A stretch of DNA of 38,553 nucleotides from a virus (taxonomy: Duplodnaviria; Caudoviricetes), in IMG/VR virus record IMGVR_UViG_3300031949_000100, positions 1 through 38,553 of that record, one strand, 5' to 3'. Below are positions 18,372 to 27,612 of the stretch, one piece after another; the first letter of the stretch is position 1; every line of letters begins with the position of its first letter. The notes under the pieces are model-generated. The model was not told the DNA's origin. It worked only from the letters and a program-made list of their open reading frames with translations, and did no database searches. Both the position numbers and the translations under genes were made by a program.

Positions 18372-18443
18372 TAATAAAATAACTAATTTACAAGTCTTGT
18401 GTCGAAGTTGTCACTCAACTTTACACGCAATACTAAGAAAAAA

Positions 18444-19235
18444 ATGGCTAGCAAAGCAAAAAAAGCAAGAGGTAATTTAAGCGCGCGAGAGGCGGCGGCA
18501 ATCAAAGCAGGACTGCCAATGCCTTATACTACTAAAGCAAAAACTACAACTAAAAAAGCAACCACTCAAAAATCATCTTCTGGGGTTGATTTGAGTATCC
18601 CAAAGGTGGACACTTCACAACTAAAAGCCCTGCAAGGGAAATATCAAGAAACAATAGCTCCGACCGCCGATGAAACTAACACAGAAACCCAACTTGGAAA
18701 CATTATCACTTCCAAAGAATTAGGCGTAGCAAAAGCCGAACAAGAACCGATGGCTCAAGGATTCGTTACAGGTCAGAGCGCGGCGCTGGAAAAATCAGCG
18801 GCGCTTAAAAGCCTCCCATTGCAGACAAGACTAGCTGATTTACAGTCAAGAAGACAATCGGCGGCCGATGTCTTAAAAGCCCAACTTGGATTTGAAACTG
18901 GAAATGTGGACAGACAAACTCAACTGGCTGAATCCGCGAGGGCGAGAGCATTGCAACAAGAGGAATCTGCGGCCAATAGAGCGTATCAAGAAAAGACTTT
19001 TGCGGAAAGTCAGAGGCAGTTTAATGTCGGACAAGCGAAAACATCGGATAAAAATAGTTTTAGTAATTACATAACATCCTTATCTTCGTTAGTAATGACT
19101 GGCAAACTATCCGGAGAAGGGGCAAAAGATTTGTTAAAAAGAAAATTTCCCGATATGGATGAAAATATAATTTATCAGTATATTCCTGATTTTTATGAAA
19201 AACAGAAATCTGCGCAACAATCTGACTGGAAATAA
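18444..19235 (+). CDS. Putative internal virion (ejection) protein
   Basis: Ala/Gln-rich helical protein with ESQRQFN. Start inferred at ATG 18444. Confidence 0.6.
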   Translation: MASKAKKARGNLSAREAAAIKAGLPMPYTTKAKTTTKKATTQKSSSGVDLSIPKVDTSQLKALQGKYQETIAPTADETNTETQLGNIITSKELGVAKAEQEPMAQGFVTGQSAALEKSAALKSLPLQTRLADLQSRRQSAADVLKAQLGFETGNVDRQTQLAESARARALQQEESAANRAYQEKTFAESQRQFNVGQAKTSDKNSFSNYITSLSSLVMTGKLSGEGAKDLLKRKFPDMDENIIYQYIPDFYEKQKSAQQSDWK

Positions 19236-19238
19236 TTT

Positions 19239-21929
19239 ATGGCAAATTTTTTTAATCAATTATCGGCATTAAAAAACAGGGTTGGCGGAAGCATAACTTC
19301 CGCTGTTCAAGATGTCCAAAAAGATGACTCTTGGATGGGCAGAGCGATGAGGTTTGTGCGGGATAATCCTACCCCGATTGATTACGCTAAAAAATATTTT
19401 CAACCGACAAAACAATTAAGGACAAGAGATGTTATCAGAGAAATCCCCACCGGTATTCTGCAAACAGCTAAGAATATAAAACAAGGTAAAATACTTTCTC
19501 CTATTTCTGAAGAACTGGCAAAAACTGAATATTTTAAACCAACCGAAAAAGTTAGAGCAAGAGATTTTATTCGTGAACTTCCGACAGGAATTGAAGAAAC
19601 AGCAAAGATGGTTGTTCGGGATATTGCCAGGTTTGGAATTTCGTTAAAGGAACTACCTGAAACTTTTAGAACAGGAAAAGCAAGCGAAAAATATTATAAT
19701 ACTCCTCTTGGTAAATTAGGAAGTTTTCAAACCGAAGCTCAATTGAGAGTAAAAAGAGGAGATCCGCTATGGAAAGCTATTGGTAATCCAGCTATTGAAA
19801 CAATTTTTGCGGCGGGAGATATAGGAACAATATCAAAAGTTTTCACCGGAGCGATGAAATCAAGCGGTATTAAAGCTCTTTCTGATATAGCTCACGACTT
19901 GACTACTCCTGTAAAAGGAAAGGAAATAGTAAAATCGGTTAAATTTAATATCGGCAATAAATGGAAAAGCATCCAGGAAATAGAAGATTATGTTATGAAG
20001 CAAAATGAGGATATGGGTAAAATCCCGATGTTTGCCGATGACATTAAAAAAGAAGCCCAGCGATTGGCTAAACTTTCAGAAGTTAAAATATTTAAAAAAG
20101 AAATTCCTAAAACTGGATTTGAATATAAAAGCGGATTATTAAAAAATTTGCAAAGACCTGGACTTTCTATTGAAGATGTATCAAAAAAATCCCCTCTCAT
20201 AAAAGAAGGAATAACTCCTAAAAAAGGTATTCTTCAGGTTGCTAGAGAAGAGAAGTTGGCTAAAGAAGTAGATGGAATTACTCGTAAAATAAATCAGAAG
20301 GTATCTCAAATGGAGAAAACTGGAGCGACAGGAACAACTCCACCGCCAAAAATCCCATCGCAAGGATTATTAAATACCACATCCAGTCGGGAATTTTATG
20401 GTTCTTCATATAAAAATATTACCGATGCGTTAAAAAACACTTGGAAAACTCGTGCCAGAGCTTACTTCGTGGATAGGATGGCTAAGGTTAAAAATCTTTT
20501 ACGAACAGAGGGAGTGAAAATAAGCGATGAAGCAGACCCCTATTTGGCGGAAACTTTGTTTCACGGACGATTAGCTACTAGGCTAAAAAATATACAGAGA
20601 GAAGTAAAAATGATAGATAAGGATATTATCAATACAGCCAAAAAATTAAAAAAGGACATCCCCGATATAAGTGAAGCACGGCTCACGGAAAAAGTCAATA
20701 AATTTTTAATTGCTAAACACACACCAGAAAGAAATTTAGCATTGGGAGAAAAAGCAACTGGTATTACAACTGAAGAATCCAAAGCAATAATTAGTGAAAT
20801 AGAAAGTTCAAAGGACGGAATGGAGATTAAAAGAATTGCCGAGAGTTATAGAAAAATTGATGATATGATTCTAGATACTTTACTTGAAGGACAAGTTATA
20901 ACCAAGGAACTTTATCAGACGCTTAAAACTAAATATCCCAGCCATATTCCGCTTCAAAGAATGCTTGGCGAAGTTGATGATTTAAAGGAGTTTTTGACTG
21001 GAGGAAGAGGATTTAATATTAAGGGAACTGGGCTTAAGAGAGCAAAAGGAAGCGAACTTGAGATTAAGGATATTCTTACTAACATCACCGCTAATCTTGA
21101 TGAAGCGGTTATGCGGGCTGAAAAAAACAGAGTAGGTTTGTCGGTTTTAAATTTTGCTCGTGAGAATAAAAAAGTTTTTGGAGATTTGTTTGAAGAAATA
21201 AAACCCCAAGCCATTGGAGAAACTTGGGCAAAAGAAGGAATAAGAAAACCAATTTTACAAGAAGTCAAAGACCCATTAGTAATAACTATTCGGGAAAATG
21301 GAAAACCAGTTTATCTTAAAATAAATGATGATGCACTTTCCAAAGCATTACAAGGAATCAATAAGGAACAACTGCCTGGATTTTTCAAAATTACTGGAGC
21401 TTTTACCAGATTTTATTCTGGTTTAGCTACTAGATATAATCCTGAATTTGTGTTTTCAAACCTAATTAGAGATATGCAGGAGAATATGGTTTTTATGTCA
21501 GCCCAGAAAGACATCGGAATTAAGGGAGCTTTAAAAACTCCAACTAAAACTCCAAAGGCAATGTGGGATATAATGGATTATATGCGAGGAGGAAAAAGCA
21601 AGGGCGCCAATCTTTATAAGCAAATGATAGAAGATGGAGGGACTACCGGAGGAATGGCTCTTTCAACTAGGAAAAATGTAGAACTTGATATTGAGGCTAT
21701 AAAAAAAGTAAATCGTTCTAATCCGAGAAAAGCGATTCAGGGAATAATAAAATCAATAGATAACTGGAATCAAATTTTTGAAGATTCTTCTCGTCTATCG
21801 GCATATAAAGTAGCATTGCAAAAAGGATATAGCCGATCAAGGGCTGCTCAAATTGCCAAAGAAGCGACAGTTAATTTTAACCGCAAAGGCATAGCCGGTC
21901 CGATTATAAATTCTTTATATATGTTTTAA
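19239..21929 (+). CDS. Large internal virion / polyvalent protein, N-terminal part (LPD38-like region begins)
   Basis: YNPEFVFSNLIRD and AKEATVNFNRKG. Ends at NSLYMF, and the motif continues in the +1 frame. Confidence 0.75.
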   Translation: MANFFNQLSALKNRVGGSITSAVQDVQKDDSWMGRAMRFVRDNPTPIDYAKKYFQPTKQLRTRDVIREIPTGILQTAKNIKQGKILSPISEELAKTEYFKPTEKVRARDFIRELPTGIEETAKMVVRDIARFGISLKELPETFRTGKASEKYYNTPLGKLGSFQTEAQLRVKRGDPLWKAIGNPAIETIFAAGDIGTISKVFTGAMKSSGIKALSDIAHDLTTPVKGKEIVKSVKFNIGNKWKSIQEIEDYVMKQNEDMGKIPMFADDIKKEAQRLAKLSEVKIFKKEIPKTGFEYKSGLLKNLQRPGLSIEDVSKKSPLIKEGITPKKGILQVAREEKLAKEVDGITRKINQKVSQMEKTGATGTTPPPKIPSQGLLNTTSSREFYGSSYKNITDALKNTWKTRARAYFVDRMAKVKNLLRTEGVKISDEADPYLAETLFHGRLATRLKNIQREVKMIDKDIINTAKKLKKDIPDISEARLTEKVNKFLIAKHTPERNLALGEKATGITTEESKAIISEIESSKDGMEIKRIAESYRKIDDMILDTLLEGQVITKELYQTLKTKYPSHIPLQRMLGEVDDLKEFLTGGRGFNIKGTGLKRAKGSELEIKDILTNITANLDEAVMRAEKNRVGLSVLNFARENKKVFGDLFEEIKPQAIGETWAKEGIRKPILQEVKDPLVITIRENGKPVYLKINDDALSKALQGINKEQLPGFFKITGAFTRFYSGLATRYNPEFVFSNLIRDMQENMVFMSAQKDIGIKGALKTPTKTPKAMWDIMDYMRGGKSKGANLYKQMIEDGGTTGGMALSTRKNVELDIEAIKKVNRSNPRKAIQGIIKSIDNWNQIFEDSSRLSAYKVALQKGYSRSRAAQIAKEATVNFNRKGIAGPIINSLYMF

Positions 21930-23205
21930 CGCTTCAATTCAGGGTTCGGCAAAAATGATTCGTTCCTTGAAAAATCCAAAAACAGCGGCGGCAGTTTTAA
22001 CAACCGTAGGAGGAGCGACTTGGGCGGTAAATAGTTGGAATGACAATATTGACCCCGATTGGAGGGAAAAAGCCAGTGATTGGGATCGAACTAGCAATCT
22101 GGTTGTGGTTTTGCCATCTTCAAAAGAAGGAGCTTTTAATTACATTACCATTCCTACCTCTTGGGGAATAAAACCTATCAAAGTGGCCTTTGACCAAGTT
22201 TATGATATTTCAAAAGGAGTAGAGAGTGATATTGTAAAAGCTGGAGAAAAAACAATCGCATCAATTTTAGAGGCATATAATCCCATTGGCGGAACAACGC
22301 TGGGGCAGGCGGTAGTTCCAACAATAGGGGATATTCCTTTTGACATAGCAACTAATAAGGCGTGGCACGGTGGTAGTTTAAGACCGACAGGGAAGGAAGG
22401 ATTGCCAAGAAGCGAACAATTTTTTCCATCGTTGGGAGAAAATAAATTTGGAAAAACGCTAATTGGAATGACTAAATGGCTTTCTGAAAAATCAGAACGA
22501 AGAATAGATATAAATCCAGCAGATGCAAAATATGCTATTGAACAAGCAATTGGCGGCGCAGGAAAGTTTGTAAGTAAAACTATAAATACTATTGCTTCTG
22601 TCGGAAAAACTAGACCGCAGGAAGAACCATTTATAAGCAGGTTTTTAAAAAGTATTCCATCCGACCAAATTGAACAAAGAATTAAAGGCAAGGAAAAAGG
22701 AGATGTTTTTAAACAACTCAAAAAAATGGAAACTGGAAGTGATGAACAGAAACAATTTATTCAAGAATATATAAAAAACCTGCCCGACGAAGAAGCAAGA
22801 GAAGGATTTAAGGGAAGTTTGTATTTTAAGGGTATTCCTACAAAGGGCATTACTACCTCTGAAAATGTCATCAAAGCTAAAGAACTTTACAAAGAATGGA
22901 AAGATTTGACTCCCGAAGACCGAACCCAGCAAATCACTGAATGGAAAAAGACCGTTAAAAAAGAAGAAGGACAACCGATACTTTCCAAAATCAACCAACT
23001 TCGCAAAAACGATTTAGCAAGACAAAAGGGTTTAGATACGGAAGACGACTGGTTAAGTATGGGACTAGATGAACGAGCTGAATTTTTGATTAAAAAGACA
23101 AAGGATATGGGCGATCAGAGAATTCCCTACCTTAGGGATTTGGAAAAAAACGGGTTAATTTCAGATGATTTAAGGAAAAAATATAATAATTTAAGGCAAT
23201 TATGA
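21928..23205 (+). CDS. C-terminal continuation of the same protein (LPD38-like)
   Basis: Frame is open from 21928 as NASIQGSAKMIRSL, then YITIPTSWG and DIATNKAWHG. Confidence 0.75.
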   Translation, partial: NASIQGSAKMIRSLKNPKTAAAVLTTVGGATWAVNSWNDNIDPDWREKASDWDRTSNLVVVLPSSKEGAFNYITIPTSWGIKPIKVAFDQVYDISKGVESDIVKAGEKTIASILEAYNPIGGTTLGQAVVPTIGDIPFDIATNKAWHGGSLRPTGKEGLPRSEQFFPSLGENKFGKTLIGMTKWLSEKSERRIDINPADAKYAIEQAIGGAGKFVSKTINTIASVGKTRPQEEPFISRFLKSIPSDQIEQRIKGKEKGDVFKQLKKMETGSDEQKQFIQEYIKNLPDEEAREGFKGSLYFKGIPTKGITTSENVIKAKELYKEWKDLTPEDRTQQITEWKKTVKKEEGQPILSKINQLRKNDLARQKGLDTEDDWLSMGLDERAEFLIKKTKDMGDQRIPYLRDLEKNGLISDDLRKKYNNLRQL

Positions 23206-23588
23206 AAATAGAACAAGGATTATTAGGAGTATCCGATCTAGCCACCGAAGCCAAGCAAGATACCGGCAATACGAGTTTAGACAATATAAACAAGAATATA
23301 AAAACTCCTCAGGGCGCCGTTTCTGCCGGAACAGTGGCGTTGGCTTCGGCCAACATTTGGTATGCTGTTCCCGCCAGTCCTCCCGCCGGAGATTATATTT
23401 TACTTCCTTCCATTGAAAATGGAGTAGGGACTGTCAGATTTTCTTTAGCCAATGTTTCCGTTCCCAGCGCGACTTACGGCAATCAAGACATTCCCTTATC
23501 AATCAAAGTCAAAGGCGGGACATCGGTATATTTCGGTTCAACCACGGCGGGAGATGATATTAATTATACTTTAATCGCTCAAGTTTAA
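23202..23588 (+). CDS. Small structural protein
   Basis: LATEAKQDTGNTSL coiled segment followed by a beta domain. Confidence 0.65.
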   Translation: MKIEQGLLGVSDLATEAKQDTGNTSLDNINKNIKTPQGAVSAGTVALASANIWYAVPASPPAGDYILLPSIENGVGTVRFSLANVSVPSATYGNQDIPLSIKVKGGTSVYFGSTTAGDDINYTLIAQV

Positions 23589-23603
23589 TAATTAAAAAAA
23601 CCT

Positions 23604-23888
23604 ATGCCTTACAAAAAAATATCAAACAATGAATTTGAGGAAGTGTCGGAAGCAAGGATTAGAACCATCAACCTTCAAGAATTGGAAAGTAATTTAATGA
23701 TGGCGAAACAAAAAGAAAAGGAAATGAATGAGAAAAAAGAATATTTCCTAAGTTTAAAGCCGTCAATTCTTCCTAAATATCAGGAGGATTTCGATATGAT
23801 TTTCAATCATCTTGACAGCCGTCTTTCAATGATGGGGTCGAATGCCAATGATTTGGATAATTTAATCAAGGAGTTAAAAAAACTCTAA
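23604..23888 (+). CDS. Hypothetical coiled-coil protein
   Basis: Clean ORF in the operon. Confidence 0.65.
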   Translation: MPYKKISNNEFEEVSEARIRTINLQELESNLMMAKQKEKEMNEKKEYFLSLKPSILPKYQEDFDMIFNHLDSRLSMMGSNANDLDNLIKELKKL

Positions 23889-23898
23889 TAAAAAACCT

Positions 23899-24033
23899 AT
23901 GAATTATTTAAAAGGATTAATAGAGGGGTTTCTTTTTATCAGGAAACCAGAAGAAGGCTGGGCGATACGATTAGGAAGAATGACTGGGCATATCATTCTG
24001 ATGATAATAATAATGTATTTAATGATGATGTAA
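23899..24033 (+). CDS. Small hydrophobic protein (44 aa, not in ORF track)
   Basis: MNYLKGLIEGFLFIRKPEEGWAIRLGRMTGHIILMIIIMYLMMM. Same AAAAAACCTATG start context as 23604. Confidence 0.5.
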   Translation: MNYLKGLIEGFLFIRKPEEGWAIRLGRMTGHIILMIIIMYLMMM

Positions 24034-24034
24034 T

Positions 24035-25774
24035 ATGGCGGCAGCTTACACATTTTCCAATACGGCTAAAACAATTCTTGCGGTCAAAGACACGGGAGAC
24101 GGAGACAGTTATGTCAATGGAATCACTGAAGCGAAACTTTACGCCGCTGACATTGCGGGAACTTTGACTTTGAAGGCGGCAACCGCTTGCACGGTCAATA
24201 TAACCCTAACCACCCAGATACAGCCCGCCGATAAAAAAGCGTTAAAAATAGATTTTGTTTTGAATTTAACCACGGCAGGGGCGGGAGATACCTTAGACAT
24301 CACGGGAACCGATGCTTGGGACAACGTCCAGACCGAAAGCATTGATGTATCGGCGGGAAACGGAACTTATACCTCCGCTAAATACTTTAAGACAATTACC
24401 GATATTGACTGCACTGGCTGGGCTGACGGCACTTTAACAGTTAATCAAAATCAATGGGGTGTGGTTTCAAGATACTTAATCGCAGGACGATATACTTATA
24501 TCTGGGATTGCCGTCTTCTAATTGGGGATGCTACTTATTTTTGGTTCAAAAATACAAGCAATCATATCAGAATAAATTCTGGTATGACTGGGAGTGGAAA
24601 ATACTGGATAATGTTTAATAGTTCAAGTAATTTGATTTATCTGAAAATTGGGGATATTACGGGTGATAGTCCGAAAAATGGATGCTACTTTCTGTTTGAC
24701 GACACAACCGCCAAGTTGACGGGAGCAATTCAATTAAACGCCAACGCCTCAGAATTATATGTTTATGACTCTGTTTTTGAAACAGTTATAAGGCGGACCA
24801 CAAGTGCCGTAGAATACGGTTTAGCCATTAGAAATACCGTAGGCGAAATAAAAAATGTGTCCCTTAAGGGGTTTCAAGGTCCCGCGTTCTTTTTCAATAC
24901 TACGCCGAATAATGTGATTCTAAAGGATGTATGGGTATCAGATTGCGGGGCTGGAACTTACGCTCCTTTTCACCAAATGTCAGAACTAACCACTCCTCCG
25001 ACTGAAGTCCATATCTTTGACAGCGATCTTGCTTTGCAGGGAATGGCGGGAGCGACTCCTAACGCGGACATCTGGGACAGCGAAACGCACAACATTAACG
25101 GAGCTGATTTATCTACTGTCGCGGCTGGGGCTATAACTCTGCGGTTAATTGATTGTAATGTGGGAGCTTCGCCCGTAATTCAAATAGCCAGCAATTCTAA
25201 TCCGCAAGCGATAGAATTGTGTACTTCCTTGCAAATTCAATCCGAACCAAACGCTAGAGTTTATCTCAAAGACGCCAGCGGGGCAAACGGTTTGTCTTAT
25301 TATTCTGGAAGTCGCTTAGCGGAAGCTCTTGATATTTCTGAAACAGGGATAGATATGGATGACGGGATGGATTTTGCGATAGGTAATGTAATGAGGGTCA
25401 ATGCGGAGCAGATGTTAATAACAGGAATAAGCACCAATACCTTAACGGTCACGAGAGGATATAACGGCACAACCGCCGCTACTCACGCAGATAATACGTG
25501 GGTATGGATAGTGCCTGATTGTCTGACTTTGGACGCTAACGGGAATATCTCGGTAACTCAACCGGAAGGGACAAAAAATTATGTGATATTAGTCCAGAAA
25601 AGATGGGCTACCACTGCGGAAACACCGACTACTTTTTCAAACCATAAAATAACAATAAAAAAATCAGGATATGCGGACTACAAAGACACGATTACTTCTT
25701 ATCCCATTGGAGGAATTAAACTGGAAGTAGCGTTAGAAAGACCAAGATTATCATTAACTGACATAAGATTTTGA
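24035..25774 (+). CDS. Large beta-rich virion protein (spike/fibre-like)
   Basis: Beta-helix-like middle and LTVTRGYNGTTAATH module. Confidence 0.65.
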   Translation: MAAAYTFSNTAKTILAVKDTGDGDSYVNGITEAKLYAADIAGTLTLKAATACTVNITLTTQIQPADKKALKIDFVLNLTTAGAGDTLDITGTDAWDNVQTESIDVSAGNGTYTSAKYFKTITDIDCTGWADGTLTVNQNQWGVVSRYLIAGRYTYIWDCRLLIGDATYFWFKNTSNHIRINSGMTGSGKYWIMFNSSSNLIYLKIGDITGDSPKNGCYFLFDDTTAKLTGAIQLNANASELYVYDSVFETVIRRTTSAVEYGLAIRNTVGEIKNVSLKGFQGPAFFFNTTPNNVILKDVWVSDCGAGTYAPFHQMSELTTPPTEVHIFDSDLALQGMAGATPNADIWDSETHNINGADLSTVAAGAITLRLIDCNVGASPVIQIASNSNPQAIELCTSLQIQSEPNARVYLKDASGANGLSYYSGSRLAEALDISETGIDMDDGMDFAIGNVMRVNAEQMLITGISTNTLTVTRGYNGTTAATHADNTWVWIVPDCLTLDANGNISVTQPEGTKNYVILVQKRWATTAETPTTFSNHKITIKKSGYADYKDTITSYPIGGIKLEVALERPRLSLTDIRF

Positions 25775-26070
25775 ACATAAACATTAAAATAGCCAAAATG
25801 GAAGAAAACCTGAAAAACATTGAGGAAAAGTTAGACGAACATTGCATCAATCAAAAAACAGTAGAAGCGAAAATTGAAAGAAGATTTGAGGAAACACAAA
25901 CTCAAATGAACATTCATTTTGATTCTGTGGAAAAAAAATTGGATGGATTTTGGGAAAGGGCGGATACAAGATACGCCGCTTACTGGATAGAAAAGCCGGT
26001 TTATGCCATCGTCGGAGCTTTGGCTTTGGCGGCGTTGTATTTCATTTTCGAAAAAACGGGTTTAAAATAA
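25771..26070 (+). CDS. Coiled-coil plus C-terminal TM protein (lysis module, XhlA/holin-like)
   Basis: Heptads followed by one hydrophobic helix, at the start of the lysis block. Confidence 0.6.
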   Translation: MNINIKIAKMEENLKNIEEKLDEHCINQKTVEAKIERRFEETQTQMNIHFDSVEKKLDGFWERADTRYAAYWIEKPVYAIVGALALAALYFIFEKTGLK

Positions 26071-26090
26071 CTAGGAAAGAGGTGAAAATT

Positions 26091-26222
26091 ATGGCAAGTA
26101 AAATACTATGGACAGGAATCGCTTTAAGTGGATTGGGAGTAGGATATTTCATTCCGCAGACGGTAGTTGTCGGAGCAGTAATTGTAATTATCGGAGCGAT
26201 TTTATTATGGCTTGATAAATAA
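26091..26222 (+). CDS. Small two-TM membrane protein (holin candidate)
   Basis: MASKILWTGIALSGLGVGYFIPQTVVVGAVIVIIGAILLWLDK with SD GAGGTG. Confidence 0.7.
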   Translation: MASKILWTGIALSGLGVGYFIPQTVVVGAVIVIIGAILLWLDK

Positions 26223-26234
26223 AGGAGGTGTAAA

Positions 26235-26402
26235 ATGGAAAAAAAACACTTTTTCCAAGTATGCCGGAAACATCGGCGGGCAAATGTGCACGGGCTTTGG
26301 ATGAATGACGACCAATTCATTAAGTTCATTCGGGCTTACGGAATTACGGCAGACCAAATCAAAATATCCGAAATCCAGTGCGACAAATGCGTAAAAGAAT
26401 AA
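26235..26402 (+). CDS. Small putative zinc-binding protein (55 aa, not in ORF track)
   Basis: SD AGGAGGTG, with CRKH and CDKC motifs. Confidence 0.7.
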   Translation: MEKKHFFQVCRKHRRANVHGLWMNDDQFIKFIRAYGITADQIKISEIQCDKCVKE

Positions 26403-26455
26403 TCAAGGGGAGAAGATATTTCTTCTCCCTCAAAAACTAATTATTAAATTTTAAT

Positions 26456-26548
26456 ATGGCAAATGATTGTAAATTAAAGTTGCTAGGTTTAGCGATAACT
26501 GGTATAATAATACTGATAGGAATTTATCTGTGTGTTGAAAAATATTGA
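26456..26548 (+). CDS. Possible 30-aa single-TM peptide
   Basis: MANDCKLKLLGLAITGIIILIGIYLCVEKY. Overlaps a promoter match. Confidence 0.4.
   Translation: MANDCKLKLLGLAITGIIILIGIYLCVEKY
26480..26508 (+). promoter_or_regulatory. Candidate promoter for the structured RNA
   Basis: TTGCTA-17nt-TATAAT with extended TGn. Confidence 0.5.
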
Positions 26549-26789
26549 ATAATTTAATATCGGAGAGCGTTGAGGTCGGCGTAAAAAGTGCCGATGCGAG
26601 ATGACTTAATCAATCATCTTTAAGATACATTGGTTGCAAGACCATTGGCGTGCCGTTGATTACGGTTTAAATAACGGTCAAGGACGGAGCGTAAGCCCAA
26701 AATTGAACTGTATCTGCCATAAAACACGCCTCCGGTATTAAGTAATTTAATATTTCCCAGCAAAGCGGAAACGCCAAGCATTAAGGGAA
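26540..26789 (+). ncRNA. Unassigned multi-branched structured RNA
   Basis: Closing stem of about 30 bp with G-U pairs, five internal helices, and GCAA, GTAA and GAAA tetraloops. No long ORF. Confidence 0.7.
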
Positions 26790-26845
26790 GAAATTAATTT
26801 TTTAATTAAAAATATACGAGCGGATTAACAAAATGGTTCGAACTG

Positions 26846-27118
26846 ATGCTAACTGCTTTTTTAATTTTAATTCTCGCCTTAATCGGGTTGCTTTTACTAA
26901 CGCAAAAAGTGATTTCTAAAATTGAACCCCGAACATTACCCGAACCTACTCAAAGTGAACCCAAACCTACCCAAATTGAACCCCAATCTACTCAAAATAA
27001 TCCAATAAAACCAACCAAAGAAGAATTATACGACGCCGGCTGGACGACTAAAATAATAGAAAAAGACGGAAAATTATGTATTGAAAAACAGAATGAGATA
27101 ATTTATTGTAGTGAATAA
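26846..27118 (+). CDS. Membrane-anchored protein with Pro/Thr/Gln repeats
   Basis: N-terminal TM helix and degenerate 24-nt PTQxEP repeats. Confidence 0.7.
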   Translation: MLTAFLILILALIGLLLLTQKVISKIEPRTLPEPTQSEPKPTQIEPQSTQNNPIKPTKEELYDAGWTTKIIEKDGKLCIEKQNEIIYCSE

Positions 27119-27134
27119 TTTTTAAGAAAAATTT

Positions 27135-27596
27135 ATGAAAAAGTATCACTTATTCGGACATATGGATAGGAATTTTGTCCGGAAAGGCAATAGAGTCATA
27201 AAATATGTCACGCCGATCGGAACAGTCGGAACGGGGAATGGACAGTATTACGCTCATCTTCACTTTTCAATTTCTGAAGGATTGACGATAAATGAGTTAT
27301 ACCGCTATGTGCGGAACTGGACGAAAGATAAAGTGCAAAGATTTTATATTGAACCGAAAGTTGATTTTGAAAAAATGTTCGGTAGAAAAGTAGATGTGGG
27401 GAACTCCGGATATGGCTGGCTGGATTGGGTCGGATACGGCTGGCATCCAGGAGTAGATGTTAATGGAATGGGAGGAGGCAATACGGATTTCGGCTACCCG
27501 TTTAAATCAAGTTGTAATGGAACGGTAATTTACGAAAAAAGAACCTGGTTTAGAAATGGTGGGTGGGGAAATCTTATCGTGATTGCCGAGGATTAA
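27135..27596 (+). CDS. M23-family peptidase (endolysin candidate), circularly permuted
   Basis: FGHM..V.KG.RV..IGTVG..AHLHF precedes HPGVD..G.P..NGTV..GGWGNLIVI. Confidence 0.85.
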   Translation: MKKYHLFGHMDRNFVRKGNRVIKYVTPIGTVGTGNGQYYAHLHFSISEGLTINELYRYVRNWTKDKVQRFYIEPKVDFEKMFGRKVDVGNSGYGWLDWVGYGWHPGVDVNGMGGGNTDFGYPFKSSCNGTVIYEKRTWFRNGGWGNLIVIAED

Positions 27597-27612
27597 TTAT
27601 TAATAGAATTAT

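Noticed and set aside
26570-26581. 12-nt match (TTGAGGTCGGCG) between the structured RNA and 91-102, suggesting a guide-target relation
   Set aside because: Short, same-sense, and partly within a stem of the RNA. Compatible with chance.
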